In this document: piece after piece, positions 11,931 through 23,022 of the stretch | Layout of the letters: the number at the start of each line of letters is the position of its first letter | Numbering within the stretch: position 1 is the stretch's first letter | From: Octopus bimaculoides | Taxonomy: Eukaryota | Direction: 5' to 3' | DNA length: 43,802 nt | Assembly (NCBI RefSeq): GCF_001194135.2 | Contig: NC_068981.1 | Coordinates: 76,474,109-76,517,910 of the forward strand | Position numbers and translations under genes: made by a program | Notes under the pieces: generated by a model | Seen by the model: only the letters and a program-made list of their open reading frames with translations | What the model was told of the DNA's origin: nothing | The model's database searches: none

Positions 11931-12769
11931 GTATCAGTATCTGTTTATTTGACTGTAAAAAGGATATAGATAATCCTATCAGATGGTGCTATTAAGTTAT
12001 ACATGGCCTGGACCAATCTTTGGTCGAAACATATCTAAGTTCATCTATATTTATATTATTTGTGTGTTTTTCTGAACTCGGTTTTGGAGATTCACTCCTC
12101 TGTGTGAAAGTGTGCTATTCTTTATTTTTATTTTTGCTTTAATTTAATTTTATCTCTTGAAACCTGAGACTGGCAAATAAATTTGTGTATCAGTGGTCTC
12201 ATAGTTGTTGCTTCGTTAATTTCTCGTTCACTTAACATGCCAAACTGGCGGAGAATATATAACGCGAGTAACAATAATCTGCTGTGTAACCAACAACTCT
12301 ACTGTGTAAGTTAATGAATACTTACGTTAATATCCTGAGTTCAGATTGCTCCATGAGATAATTTTTTGAGATGAATGCATTATCCAATACATCACGTGGA
12401 AATGAAGCGTTAAGTATTTTTGCTATGTTAGGAGAGAATTTGGTATCCACGACCAACTTCCCACTTATTGTTTTAAAAATTGAAATGAACGCGTATAAGA
12501 AAACAAATTGGTACTCTCTTTCAAGCATCTTCTTTCTCTTTCTCTCCTTTATCTCTCTCTCCCCCTCTTTGTCACTTTTCCTTATTTCGCTCCCTTTTTT
12601 ACTTTCTCACGCTCTATCTTTACCATAATTTCTCTTGTCGCTTTAAAACTCTAAAGCAACCACTTACCCAAATATTTTCTTTTGTTAACGAACATAATTA
12701 TTGTTCGTTATGAAAGTCATTCTTGAAGCTTCTTTCTCATGTACACCTGCTCTCATGTACATATGCAAA

Positions 12770-12803
12770 CATACACATACGCACACACACGCACACACAC
12801 ACG

Positions 12804-12849
<46 letters not shown>
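12770..12849. repeat. (CA)n microsatellite
   Basis: Seen directly. Confidence 0.95.
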
Positions 12850-12851
<2 letters not shown>

Positions 12852-13123
12852 AAAATAGCTTAAACGATTGTAAATTGCAATGAATGAAAATTAATTTGCA
12901 AAGTCAATTGAAATTCTAACGAGTTTTAAAACTCTTGAGTTTGAATATGTAATTCATGTTGTAGATATCTCTCTTTCTCCCTCTCTCCCCCCNNNNNNNN
13001 NNATATATATATATATATATATATGAAGGAGAAGTATCTGCCATGTCTTCCCAATAGTTTTAGGCAGTAATTGGAGGAAAATCTTAGCTTCTTAGAAGCA
13101 CACAACTCACTTATGTCCATATA

Positions 13124-13540
13124 GGCGCAGGAGTGGTTGTGTGGTAAGTAACTTGCTTACTCACCACATGGCTCCGGATTCAGTGCCACTGCGTGGCACC
13201 TTCGGCAAGTGTCTTCTACTATAGCCTCGGGCCGACCAAAGCCTTCTGAGTGGATTTGGTAGACGGAAACTGAAAGAAACCCGTCGTATATGTGTGTATA
13301 TATATATAAATATGTGTGTGTGTATGTTTGTGTGTCTGTGTTTGTCCCCCCACCCCCGCCAACATCGCTTGACAACCGATGCTGGTTGCTGGTGTGTTTA
13401 CGTCCCCATAACTTAGCGGATCGTCAAAAGAAACGATAGAATAAGTTCTAGGCTTACAAAGAATAAGTCCTGGGGTCGATTTCCTCGACTAGAAGGCGGT
13501 TCTCTAGCATGGCCGCAGTCAAATTACTGAAACAAGTAAA
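13124..13540 (+). mobile_element. Full-length tRNA-derived SINE (family A) with a 9-mer tandem tail to about 13590
   Basis: tRNA-like head ggcgcaggagtggttgtgtggtaag...ggattcagtgcc, body ccttcggcaagtgtcttctactatagcc, an internal TA/TG tract, and 3' end agcatggccgcagtcaaattactgaaacaagtaaa. Homologous copies lie at 20474-20853 and 25443-25810. Resembles described octopus tRNA-SINEs; the exact family is not assignable by eye. Confidence 0.9.
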
Positions 13541-15003
13541 GTTTCAACAAGTAATGAAAGTAAAGAAAGTAAAGAAAGTAAAGAAAGTAAATATATGACA
13601 AACTTTGGAGACAATATATACAGAAACTACACAGCGTCAATTAAATCGATTTCACTATTTCTGTGGTGTTTGAAAATCAAAGTCAGCCTTGAGGTATTAT
13701 TATTAACTCATACTGTGAACGGCTGTAAAGAATGTAGTACAATTTACTAAAATATTCCACCATATTACTTTCTAACAATGTCATAAAGCCACTTATTGAG
13801 AAGTGTTCGTTGGATTCATTGACCTCTAATACCCGGTGGGTATTTATTTTATCAAAGTTAACCTCGATGGGGTTCGAGATGAAAACACAAAGAGAACAAC
13901 TGAATAATGTATGGTATGAAATTTATCCTATCGATCTCGCAAATTATCTCAACATTTATACGCAAAATAATCCATTTATATACATTTCAAACAAGTGATA
14001 TCCCTTATCAGCAGTTAGTTGTATTAAGGACAAATAATGTAGAAACAGTTGTGACATCCACACTACTTTCAAAAATATTAACAAAGTTACTGAAATAAAT
14101 GACAGCCGCCAGAAATATAACTTGTATGAATGCCATCGTATCTTGTAAGCTCGGACGGTCTCCATTCATATTTCATTTCTGGAGTCACCAGAATAAATGC
14201 CAGACCAACTCTTGAGGTAAATAGGCACTCTAAAACATGTATTCAAAATTGATGACGGACATTTCTTCTGCTAACACTAATGTCCTCATAACCCTTAATG
14301 CAGTGAATACAATCAATTCACTTCTAATGAGTCTCTTCATTTAGCACTCATTGAAAGATACATTCTTCATACAAGAAGATAATACCATAGAAAAGAAAAA
14401 TCATGGCGCATATTATCACCAATGGACTCAGTATAAGATGATTAAAATGAAAAAGAAAAAAACATTAATGTATTGAATAACGTCGAAAATATCTGAAAGT
14501 TTTCTTTGGAAATTTAAAATGTGCAGCCTGTATGTCTGGTGATTTCACTCGTAAAAATATATTTCAGAAATATATAAACTCTATGGCTATGAAATAATTT
14601 ATACATTTGCACATTAGCACACACACGTAGACACAACTCAGTACCAGTGCACTTGATAAATTAAATGAACACACAACACACACACACACACACACAAATA
14701 TGCCTATGTTTGTATGTTTGGAAATTTAATATTATACCTGATATTTTTTCTAAGTAATGGTGAGTATATTATAGAAACTACTAGTTTTTGTTCATTAGAT
14801 ATCATTCTACGTTTTTATTTTATCAACTTGCTCTGAGTTTTGCTTCTGTTCTTCTTTTTCCTTCTTTAGTTCTAGTCAGGCATTAGTTTGATAACAATCA
14901 CAATAATCATGCTAAATGTAATGATGAAAACTATATAACATACTATCAAAAAAAGCAAGAGAACAGGAGTTAAAATTAACTGGGAATGGTGTGATTTCGT
15001 CAG

Positions 15004-15116
15004 AAGAATGCTGCTACACATTAGAATATTGTAGGACCTCCAAACATGGACGTTGCTGCTGCAACGTTAATCAGCGTTGTACGAGCGGTCAACCCCGCTT
15101 CTGCGCAGTTCATTAA
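15004..15116 (+). CDS. Candidate terminal exon for a small cysteine-rich peptide
   Basis: Acceptor gatttcgtcAG with a ttaac branch-like site about 20 nt upstream. Reads (x)ECCYTLEYCRTSKHGRCCCNVNQRCTSGQPRFCAVH*, with 8 Cys in two identical 16-aa spacings. The segment is locally GC-rich, with an AATAAA at 15399. No upstream signal-peptide exon was found. Confidence 0.3.
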
Positions 15117-15669
15117 TCTGCCAAAAATTGCTACAAATTCCATCAAATGACTTCATAGTCTCCCATCGAGATTTTCACCTTTAAGATAATGGGTTGCCGA
15201 TTGAATCATAAATCTGCTTCATTAGAGTTTACCAGAAGGTGTTGTTTAACCCAGAATTAGATAACATCTTGAGCTCTATAAAACCGAAATGTCTCTGTAT
15301 CTAAACAGGTACGCGTCAGCTACACAATTGGCTACGTTATATATTTAGAACAAAATATTTATTTTTACTAGTACTATAATGTCCGTAGGGTTCTAGAGAA
15401 TAAATTGTTCTCGGTGTAGTTCAATCTAGATGTAATGAGATACTATGAGAATGTGAAGTGGTTCTCTATAATCGGCAAGAACAGGGAATCGTTAAGGTAT
15501 CGCTAACTTGTGCTTTTATCAACGGATAGATGGAAGAGCATTGTAGAGAATGAAGGAGAATATATTTTAGATAAAAAGAGAACTTTCTTTATCTTAATTT
15601 TGAAAAATAAAAGAAGAATATAAAAACGTCATTGTTAATGGGATGACCAAATATTTTGTAATGATAAAA

Positions 15670-15810
15670 AGGCGCCAAGCTAGCAGTATCGTAAGCACGT
15701 CGGAAAATAAAAAAAAAACACCGAGAGGCATTTCGTCCGTCTTTACGAACTGAGTACAAATTGCGCCGAGGCCAACGTTCCCTTTCATTCTTTCGGGATT
15801 CATGAAATAA
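15670..15810 (+). mobile_element. Degenerate SINE (family B) fragment
   Basis: ggcgccaagctagcagtatcgtaagcacg...ttcattctttcgggattcatgaaataa aligns by eye with the 22792-23022 copy. Confidence 0.65.
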
Positions 15811-16093
15811 TCTACAAATATTACGGTCAATATGATCGATTATCCCCCTCCCACAAGATTTCACCTTTCTGTTTATAATAGAAAGAGTTATTGTTTCTGT
15901 TGTTGTTGATGTTATTGCTACTGTTTCGTTAGCACGTCGAGCTGATGCTTCTGCACCACGTAATGCACCGAAATCCATTGTATAGTTTCCCACCCACGAG
16001 GGAGCGATGCAGGATGTGTCGAAACGTTCGTTGTGGTCATTAAGGTTTCCAGTATGTTCCGTCTTCCGTATCAATTATTTCTATTATGTCTGC

Positions 16094-16138
<45 letters not shown>

Positions 16139-17309
16139 CGTGTGTCACGATATATGGATTCCAGCAATCCGACGGTACTCGTAAAAAAGCACCTTAGTTT
16201 ATCATAGCACAAACCATATAGATTATATAGTAATATACATGAGAAACGAATAATGGGAATATACAGATATAAATGATGGAGATTGTATGTAAGTATGTAT
16301 GTATGTATGTATGTATTACTTTGCTGCTATTTGGCTACCTCGGATTAAATACAAATATCACATAATTAAGAAGACAAACAGCACAGAACATAATGGTTCT
16401 TGTTATTAAAAACAACATTACGAGGTAGTTTGAAATCATTTAAGTGTGACATGTTGTCACCTTTTGGTTTAAAGGGTACTTCAGGATACTGAGAGACATT
16501 TCTTTCCAGTTTAAATTAGTCAATGTTCGTAATGGTTTTGTTAGGGTAACAATATTACAAGACATGTTTCTTCTTTCAAAGAATTGTTTTTTTTTTCTAT
16601 GTTAAAAAAAATCAATAGTATATGACGCGTGTGATAATGGAGTGACAATTTGAAGGCAGAAATGTCCAATTAACACATCGGTAATGCAGTATCATTGTAT
16701 GATTGTTAAGTGCCAAATCAGACGCCTTCATTTTAATGTCAGTTTTTTTTTTGGGGCTTCGTTCAGTCAATAAACTACACTGTAATTTCTCAAGAATTAG
16801 ACATTTCAGTATTCCAAATTGATCTATCTTTGTGTCTTTGGCTTCCTATGAGACAACTTCATAATATAAATTGGACATGCATCTCTCTAGACATATCGAT
16901 TTAGTTACAAAACCTCTGATATAAATAGCCTTATAGTTTATTGAATCTAGTTATGTCGCATATCACGTTTTGGTTTTCCGGGCATCATCGAAAACCTCCT
17001 TTTCACATAACATTAATACTGCTAGGTAACGACTATAGCTTATTTATACTTATAACTACAAAGAAATTTACAAATAAGTGAACAACTATTCTTTTAGGTG
17101 AGTAGAACTAAGAAGACGTGACATTTATATACTTTTATTTACATATATACACAAAAAATACTGAAGCTGGAAGCAATTGTTTACTTGAAATTTTGAATCG
17201 TTTTGCAACACAAATATCAATGTAGCTTTGAAACCAAAAAGTCGATTTATGCCAATCATATATTAACGTAGATTAACGACAATTACAATATGCGTTGCAC
17301 AGTTGGGTG

Positions 17310-17312
<3 letters not shown>

Positions 17313-17360
<48 letters not shown>
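17313..17360. repeat. (TG)n microsatellite
   Basis: Seen directly. Confidence 0.95.
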
Positions 17361-17362
<2 letters not shown>

Positions 17363-17543
17363 CGATCAGGAACTCTAAGGCCAGAGCTGAGTGCCAATGC
17401 AGAGTCTATCTATAGAGTCATACCATTTTGGCCCCGGATCATACTAATTCTGTGATGGTGAAGTATAGTGATGTCTAACAGCTTAGTACCGCTTCAGCTA
17501 AGGGGAAGCGTAACATGCATACATATTTGCATACATACATGTG

Positions 17544-17594
<51 letters not shown>

Positions 17595-17595
<1 letters not shown>

Positions 17596-18477
17596 GAGAG
17601 GGTACCGAAAAGAAACTGGAAATTTGCAGTATTATTTTATCCAGAGAGTTCTACATATTTACACTTTTATCACCTTCAGAATATTCTCCATTTGAAACAA
17701 CGTATCGCTCCAGACGCATTTTACACTATTCGAAGCAGTCCTAGAACTCGTGCGATGTAATGCTTTTTAACGCCTCCGTCGTTTTCCTTTCACCTCTTCC
17801 ACATTAAAAAATTCCATATCACCAGCTTTCGGCACCAGCGATGACTTTCGAAAATAGATCCGGGTTAACCTCCAGCTGTTCTTTCAGTTCACGACACACG
17901 GTCAGTTGTGACTGCTGGTGAACTTCCGTTAGCAACCCAGGCACAAATTTTGCTGCAACTTTTTTCATTCGCAATTCATCGCTCAAAATTCTTTAACAGG
18001 AGTATCAGGACACATCACTCATATCAAGAAGTTCGGCAATTGTTCATTGATGGTCCTCCAAAATTATTTCATGAATTTTCATGATGTTTTCATTCGTTCA
18101 GGATGTCGACAGTCGTCCTGAGCCTGGGCTTCAAGCGACAAGTGACCATTCCTAAAACGTGAACACCACCCGCAAGCGTTTGTTTTGCTCATGGCAGCAT
18201 CCTTGTAAGCTTTTTTGAATGTTGACATCTGTTTCGGTCGTCGTTTTCCCCAGCAGAAAACAGAATTTCAGGGAAGAACGCTGTTACTTTGTTTCAGCCA
18301 TCGCCAAATTCGACGAACAGGAGAGAAGCTCTGCAAAACAAACATGCACCAATTAGCAGTACGCTCATGCTAGACGATGCTGAGGGTTTTATCAAATAGC
18401 TTCTCGCGGCGGAAGCCTGATCTACAACGAGCTTGTCCTACAAACAACGTTTCCTGTTACTTTTCGGTACTTCCCTG
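17595..18477 (-). mobile_element. Mariner-like transposon, internally deleted, inserted in a (TA)n tract
   Basis: TIRs cgagagggtaccgaaaagaaactggaaa (17595) and the reverse complement cagggaagtaccgaaaagtaacaggaaa (ending 18477). TA on both flanks within (TA)n; length 883 bp. Confidence 0.92.
17651..18301 (-). pseudogene. Mariner transposase remnant lacking most of the catalytic domain
   Basis: Reads MAETK*QRSSLKFCFLLGKT..., RMKKVAAKFVPGLLTE (WVP-type motif) and LFSKVIAGAESW*YG (from TGDESW), then jumps at about 17810 to NVEEVKGKTTEALKSI...SNGEYSEGDKSV. It contains stops and frameshifts. Confidence 0.88.
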
Positions 18478-18843
18478 TATATATATNNNNNNNNNNNNNN
18501 NNNNNNNNNNNNNNNNNNNNNNNNNNNNNNNNNNNNNNNNNNNNNNNNNNNNNNNNNNNNNNNNNNNNNNNNNNNNNNNNNNNNNNNNNNNNNNNNNNNN
18601 NNNNNNNNNNNNNNNNNNNNNNNNNNNNNNNNNNNNNNNNNNNNNNNNNNNNNNNNNNNNNNNNNNNNNNNNNNNNNNNNNNNNNNNNNNNNNNNNNNNN
18701 NNNNNNNNNNNNNNNNNNNNNNNNNNNNNNNNNNNNNNNNNNNNNNNNNNNNNNNNNNNNNNNNNNNNNNNNNNNNNNNNNNNNNNNNNNNNNNNNNNNN
18801 NNNNNNNNNNNNNNNNNNNNNNNNNNNNNNNNNNNNNNNNNNN

Positions 18844-18886
<43 letters not shown>

Positions 18887-20174
18887 CAGAACAACAATCA
18901 ATTCATCTCTCCATCCTTGATATATTTGTAAATAATCCCCTAAACATGTGTATATATCCCGCAAATCTGTATACATTCAGTCTAAAGACCCTAACAATAC
19001 TTTGAAAGTAACTTGTAATTTTCAGATAAGTTGAAGAGTTACATCCTTTGACTGCAAAATATTTGTCAACAACAAAAATGGCGTTCCCATGATCTAAAAC
19101 TGACATTTTGGAAGTTTGATAAGCGTAAGACGCGAAACCGCTACTCACAGTTAATTATATAATGTTTTAATACAACTCTTTGTTACAGTATGATATTGAT
19201 ATTAGCATAAATTTTATTACACAAACCACCCTGTGCGTTTTTATATATTTTCCCTTCTTAACTATATATTTAGTATAATTCAGGTATAAGCATCGTATAC
19301 CGTATACTGTCATACCGCATGTCATTCAACAGCAGGATATCTGCAAGGCTGGATAAACATTTGAACCCTTGCTATTGCATACGATTAATATAAAAATAAC
19401 ACAGGCATGTAAAATACCAGACCTTTGTAGCCGATCACGTTTGTTTCTGTACCGCACACCAACTTTAAGTTGCTGAGTTTACATATATACATCACAGTAT
19501 ACGATTATTCTATAGAACAATTAAATATTTTTCAGCGCAAATATGTGTGGGTGCTTCCACAAGTGGAATGTAATGAATCACATAGCTGTGGCTGAAAAAT
19601 ATTTAATTATATTGTAATTGTAAAGAATAATCTTTGAAATATGTGTAGTACACAGGTGCACGAAGAAGATTTTGCTAGTAAATGTTAATGATATTAGAAT
19701 CAAAAGAACAGATATATATATATATATTTTAACTGTTGAATACAATCTTCATCGTCATAAAAGGCAATTGCCACATTTTTTTGAATACTTACGTCAAATA
19801 ATATAACTCGATTTCAACTCCTTCACATCCATCCAAATATCTCAGCAAATATGTTTCACTGTTGTTCTTTCTTCTGTTCACCCATTGTTTGTCTCCTTAT
19901 TTGGCAACATCAAAAAATACACGGATCAACTCAACCTATCAAGGTTGACTGGCCCCGACAACAATTCTTCAATCTGCCTCTGAGACAATGCCCTTGAATT
20001 GATTACTCTTTTTGCCACGCTATTTAATTTTTCATTTCCTAAGATTTCACCCCAAATATTGGTAGAGAAACGCTACACAGTATCCTAGTAGCCTACCCAT
20101 GAGAAAAGCTTTCTAACTGACCTAAATTTGTCCTTTATTTATCGACCATGCCCTTTTCTTTTATTCGTCCGCAA

Positions 20175-20330
20175 GTTTACAGTCATATGACTGTAACTGT
20201 GCTGGGGAATTGGAGATTGGTCGAAGAGATCGACGCCAGGACTGAACTTTAATCCTGGCATGTATTTTATCAGTGTCTTCTAACGAATGGCTGGGTTACA
20301 GAGATGTAAATATACCAATACCGGCTGGTT
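20175..20330 (-). mobile_element. Degenerate 3' fragment related to SINE family A
   Basis: cagtcatatgactg...ggtcgaagagatcgacgccaggact...gatgtaaatataccaataccgg resembles the 3' half of the 25443-25810 copy. Confidence 0.5.
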
Positions 20331-20410
20331 GTTGGTTGTTGTTTTGGTTGTTGAAGACAAATATATACACAAAGGTACACGCACATACGCATTCATATAT
20401 ATGTGTGTGT

Positions 20411-20444
<34 letters not shown>

Positions 20445-20473
20445 ATGTATATTTATATATACATTTTTTATGC

Positions 20474-20850
20474 GTTTCAGTAATTTGACTGCTGCTATGC
20501 TGGAGCACCGCTTTTAGTCAAACAAATCGACCCCAGGCCTTATTCTTTGCAAGCCTAGTACTTATTCTATCGGTATCCTTTGCCAAACCGTTAAGTTAAG
20601 GAGACGTAAACACACCAACATTGGTCAAGTGATGATGGAGGGAAAAACGCAGACACACAAACACACATATACATACATACATATATCTATACGATGGGCT
20701 ATTTTCAGTTTCCGTCTACCAAATCCACTCCCAAGGTTTTGGTCGGCCCGAGGCTATAGTAGAAGACACTTGCCGAAGGCGCAATGCAGTGGCACTAAAC
20801 CCCAAACCGTGTGGTTGGTAACACGCTACTTACCAGACACCCACTCTTGC

Positions 20851-20853
<3 letters not shown>
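20474..20853 (-). mobile_element. SINE family A copy
   Basis: Reverse complement of the 13124-13540 element, head at right (...cttaccagacacccactcttgcgtc). Confidence 0.9.
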
Positions 20854-20892
<39 letters not shown>

Positions 20893-22705
20893 TGAGGCAG
20901 CTAGTTAGCAGAGTTTCGCCCAAAAAGCAAGCAACAGATATCATTAAATATGACTGAAGGTATTAGAACACTTACACTTCTAGAAATAAGACCTAACTGG
21001 CTTTATTGCTGCTGTGAAAGCGTTGACACCAGCAAGAGAGCTCTTACCTTGCTGAGTCTACATTTATACATCACAATATACGATTATTCTTTGGAATAAT
21101 TAAATATTTTTCAGCAATAGCTCTGTGTGGCTGCTTCCACAGGTGGTTGGAATGTGATAAATCAAATCGCACAGCTATATATATATATATATATATGCAA
21201 GTATTCTTGTTTTACATAGAAGGCAACACAAATGATAATTCAACAAAGTAAAGATTCACTGAACGTTTCCTAAACAATGCTTTATATATGCGCTTTCACT
21301 TCTTGCAAAATATATAGGCAATAAAATGGCAATGACCCATCCAAACTAGCTCTGCTGCAAGCCCTATCCACCTATTGATCGATCGAGTCATTCCATATGA
21401 ACATGAATTACATGGAAAACGCAGCATGATATATCTAACTTAAAACAATTAATGGAAATGCCAAATCAAACCAAGTACAAACAGAATATGGGCTGAGATA
21501 ATTATGTGTCTCTTATGTTGTGAGAACAAAGACAACATATCATGTGATACCGCATTTTCAAATACAAGCAAATACAAAAATTGGCGAATGAATTTAATGA
21601 ACAACCTTTTTTTAATTCTGACGTTTATAAATTAATTTTCATTATATATGAAGTTAAGTTTACACTTACGAACATAAGCATAAGCACATTCAAGTGTAAT
21701 AAGACTTTCTATATATACGAATGCATATGCATGTGCGTGTGTGTTTATATATATATATATATATATATATATNNNNNNNNNNNNNNNNNNNNNNNNNNNN
21801 NNNNNNNNNNNNNNNNNNNNNNNNNNNNNNNNNNNNNNNNNNNNNNNNNNNNNNNNNNNNNNNNNNNNNNNNNNNNNNNNNNNNNNNNNNNNNNNNNNNN
21901 NNNNNNNNNNNNNNNNNNNNNNNNNNNNNNNNNNNNNNNNNNNNNNNNNNNNNNNNNNNNNNNNNNNNNNNNNNNNNNNNNNNNNNNNNNNNNNNNNNNN
22001 NNNNNNNNNNNNNNNNNNNNNNNNNNNNNNNNNNNNNNNNNNNNNNNNNNNNNNNNNNNNNNNNNNNNNNNNNNNNNNNNNNNNNNNNNNNNNNNNNNNN
22101 NNNNNNNNNNNNNNNNNNNNNNNNNNNNNNNNNNNNNNNNNNNNNNNNNNNNNNNNNNNNNNNNNNNNNNNNNNNNNNNNNNNNNNNNNNNNNNNNNNNN
22201 NNNNNNNNNNNNNNNNNNNNNNNNNNNNNNNNNNNNNNNNNNNNNNNNNNNNNNNNNNNNNNNNNNNNNNNNNNNNNNNNNNNNNNNNNNNNNNNNNNNN
22301 NNNNNNNNNNNNNNNNNNNNNNNNNNNNNNNNNNNNNNNNNNNNNNNNNNNNNNNNNNNNNNNNNNNNNNNNNNNNNNNNNNNNNNNNNNNNNNNNNNNN
22401 NNNNNNNNNNNNNNNNNNNNNNNNNNNNNNNNNNNNNNNNNNNNNNNNNNNNNNNNNNNNNNNNNNNNNNNNNNNNNNNNNNNNNNNNNNNNNNNNNNNN
22501 NNNNNNNNNNNNNNNNNNNNNNNNNNNNNNNNNNNNNNNNNNNNNNNNNNNNNNNNNNNNNNNNNNNNNNNNNNNNNNNNNNNNNNNNNNNNNNNNNNNN
22601 NNNNNNNNNNNNNNNNNNNNNNNNNNNNNNNNNNNNNNNNNNNNNNNNNNNNNNNNNNNNNNNNNNNNNNNNNNNNNNNNNNNNNNNNNNNNNNNNNNNN
22701 NNNNN

Positions 22706-22756
<51 letters not shown>

Positions 22757-22791
22757 GCATATATGCATATATGCATGCACGCACGTATGTA

Positions 22792-23022
22792 GGCGGCGAG
22801 CTGGCAGGAACGTTAACATGCCGGGCGAAATGCTTAGCGGTATTCCGTCTGCCGCTACGTTCTGAGTTCAAATTCGGCTGAGGTCGACTTTGTCTTTCAT
22901 CCTTTCGGGGTCGATTAAATAAGTACCAGTTAGGCACTGGTGTCGATATATTCGACTTAATCCGTTGGTCTGTCCGTGTTTGGCCCCTCTATGTTTAGCC
23001 CCTTGTGGGCAGTAAAGAAATA
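22792..23022 (+). mobile_element. tRNA-derived SINE (family B)
   Basis: Head ggcggcgagctggcag..., B-box-like gagttcaaattc, central ctttcatcctttcggggtcgattaaataagtaccag (reminiscent of the Meta-SINE central domain; recalled, not aligned), and A-rich end gtaaagaaataa. Confidence 0.9.

Noticed and set aside
15589-16074. 161-aa minus-strand ORF
   Set aside because: Its C-terminal half is the antisense of a degenerate SINE (15670-15810), it has a TTG start, no good splice sites and no recognisable domain.
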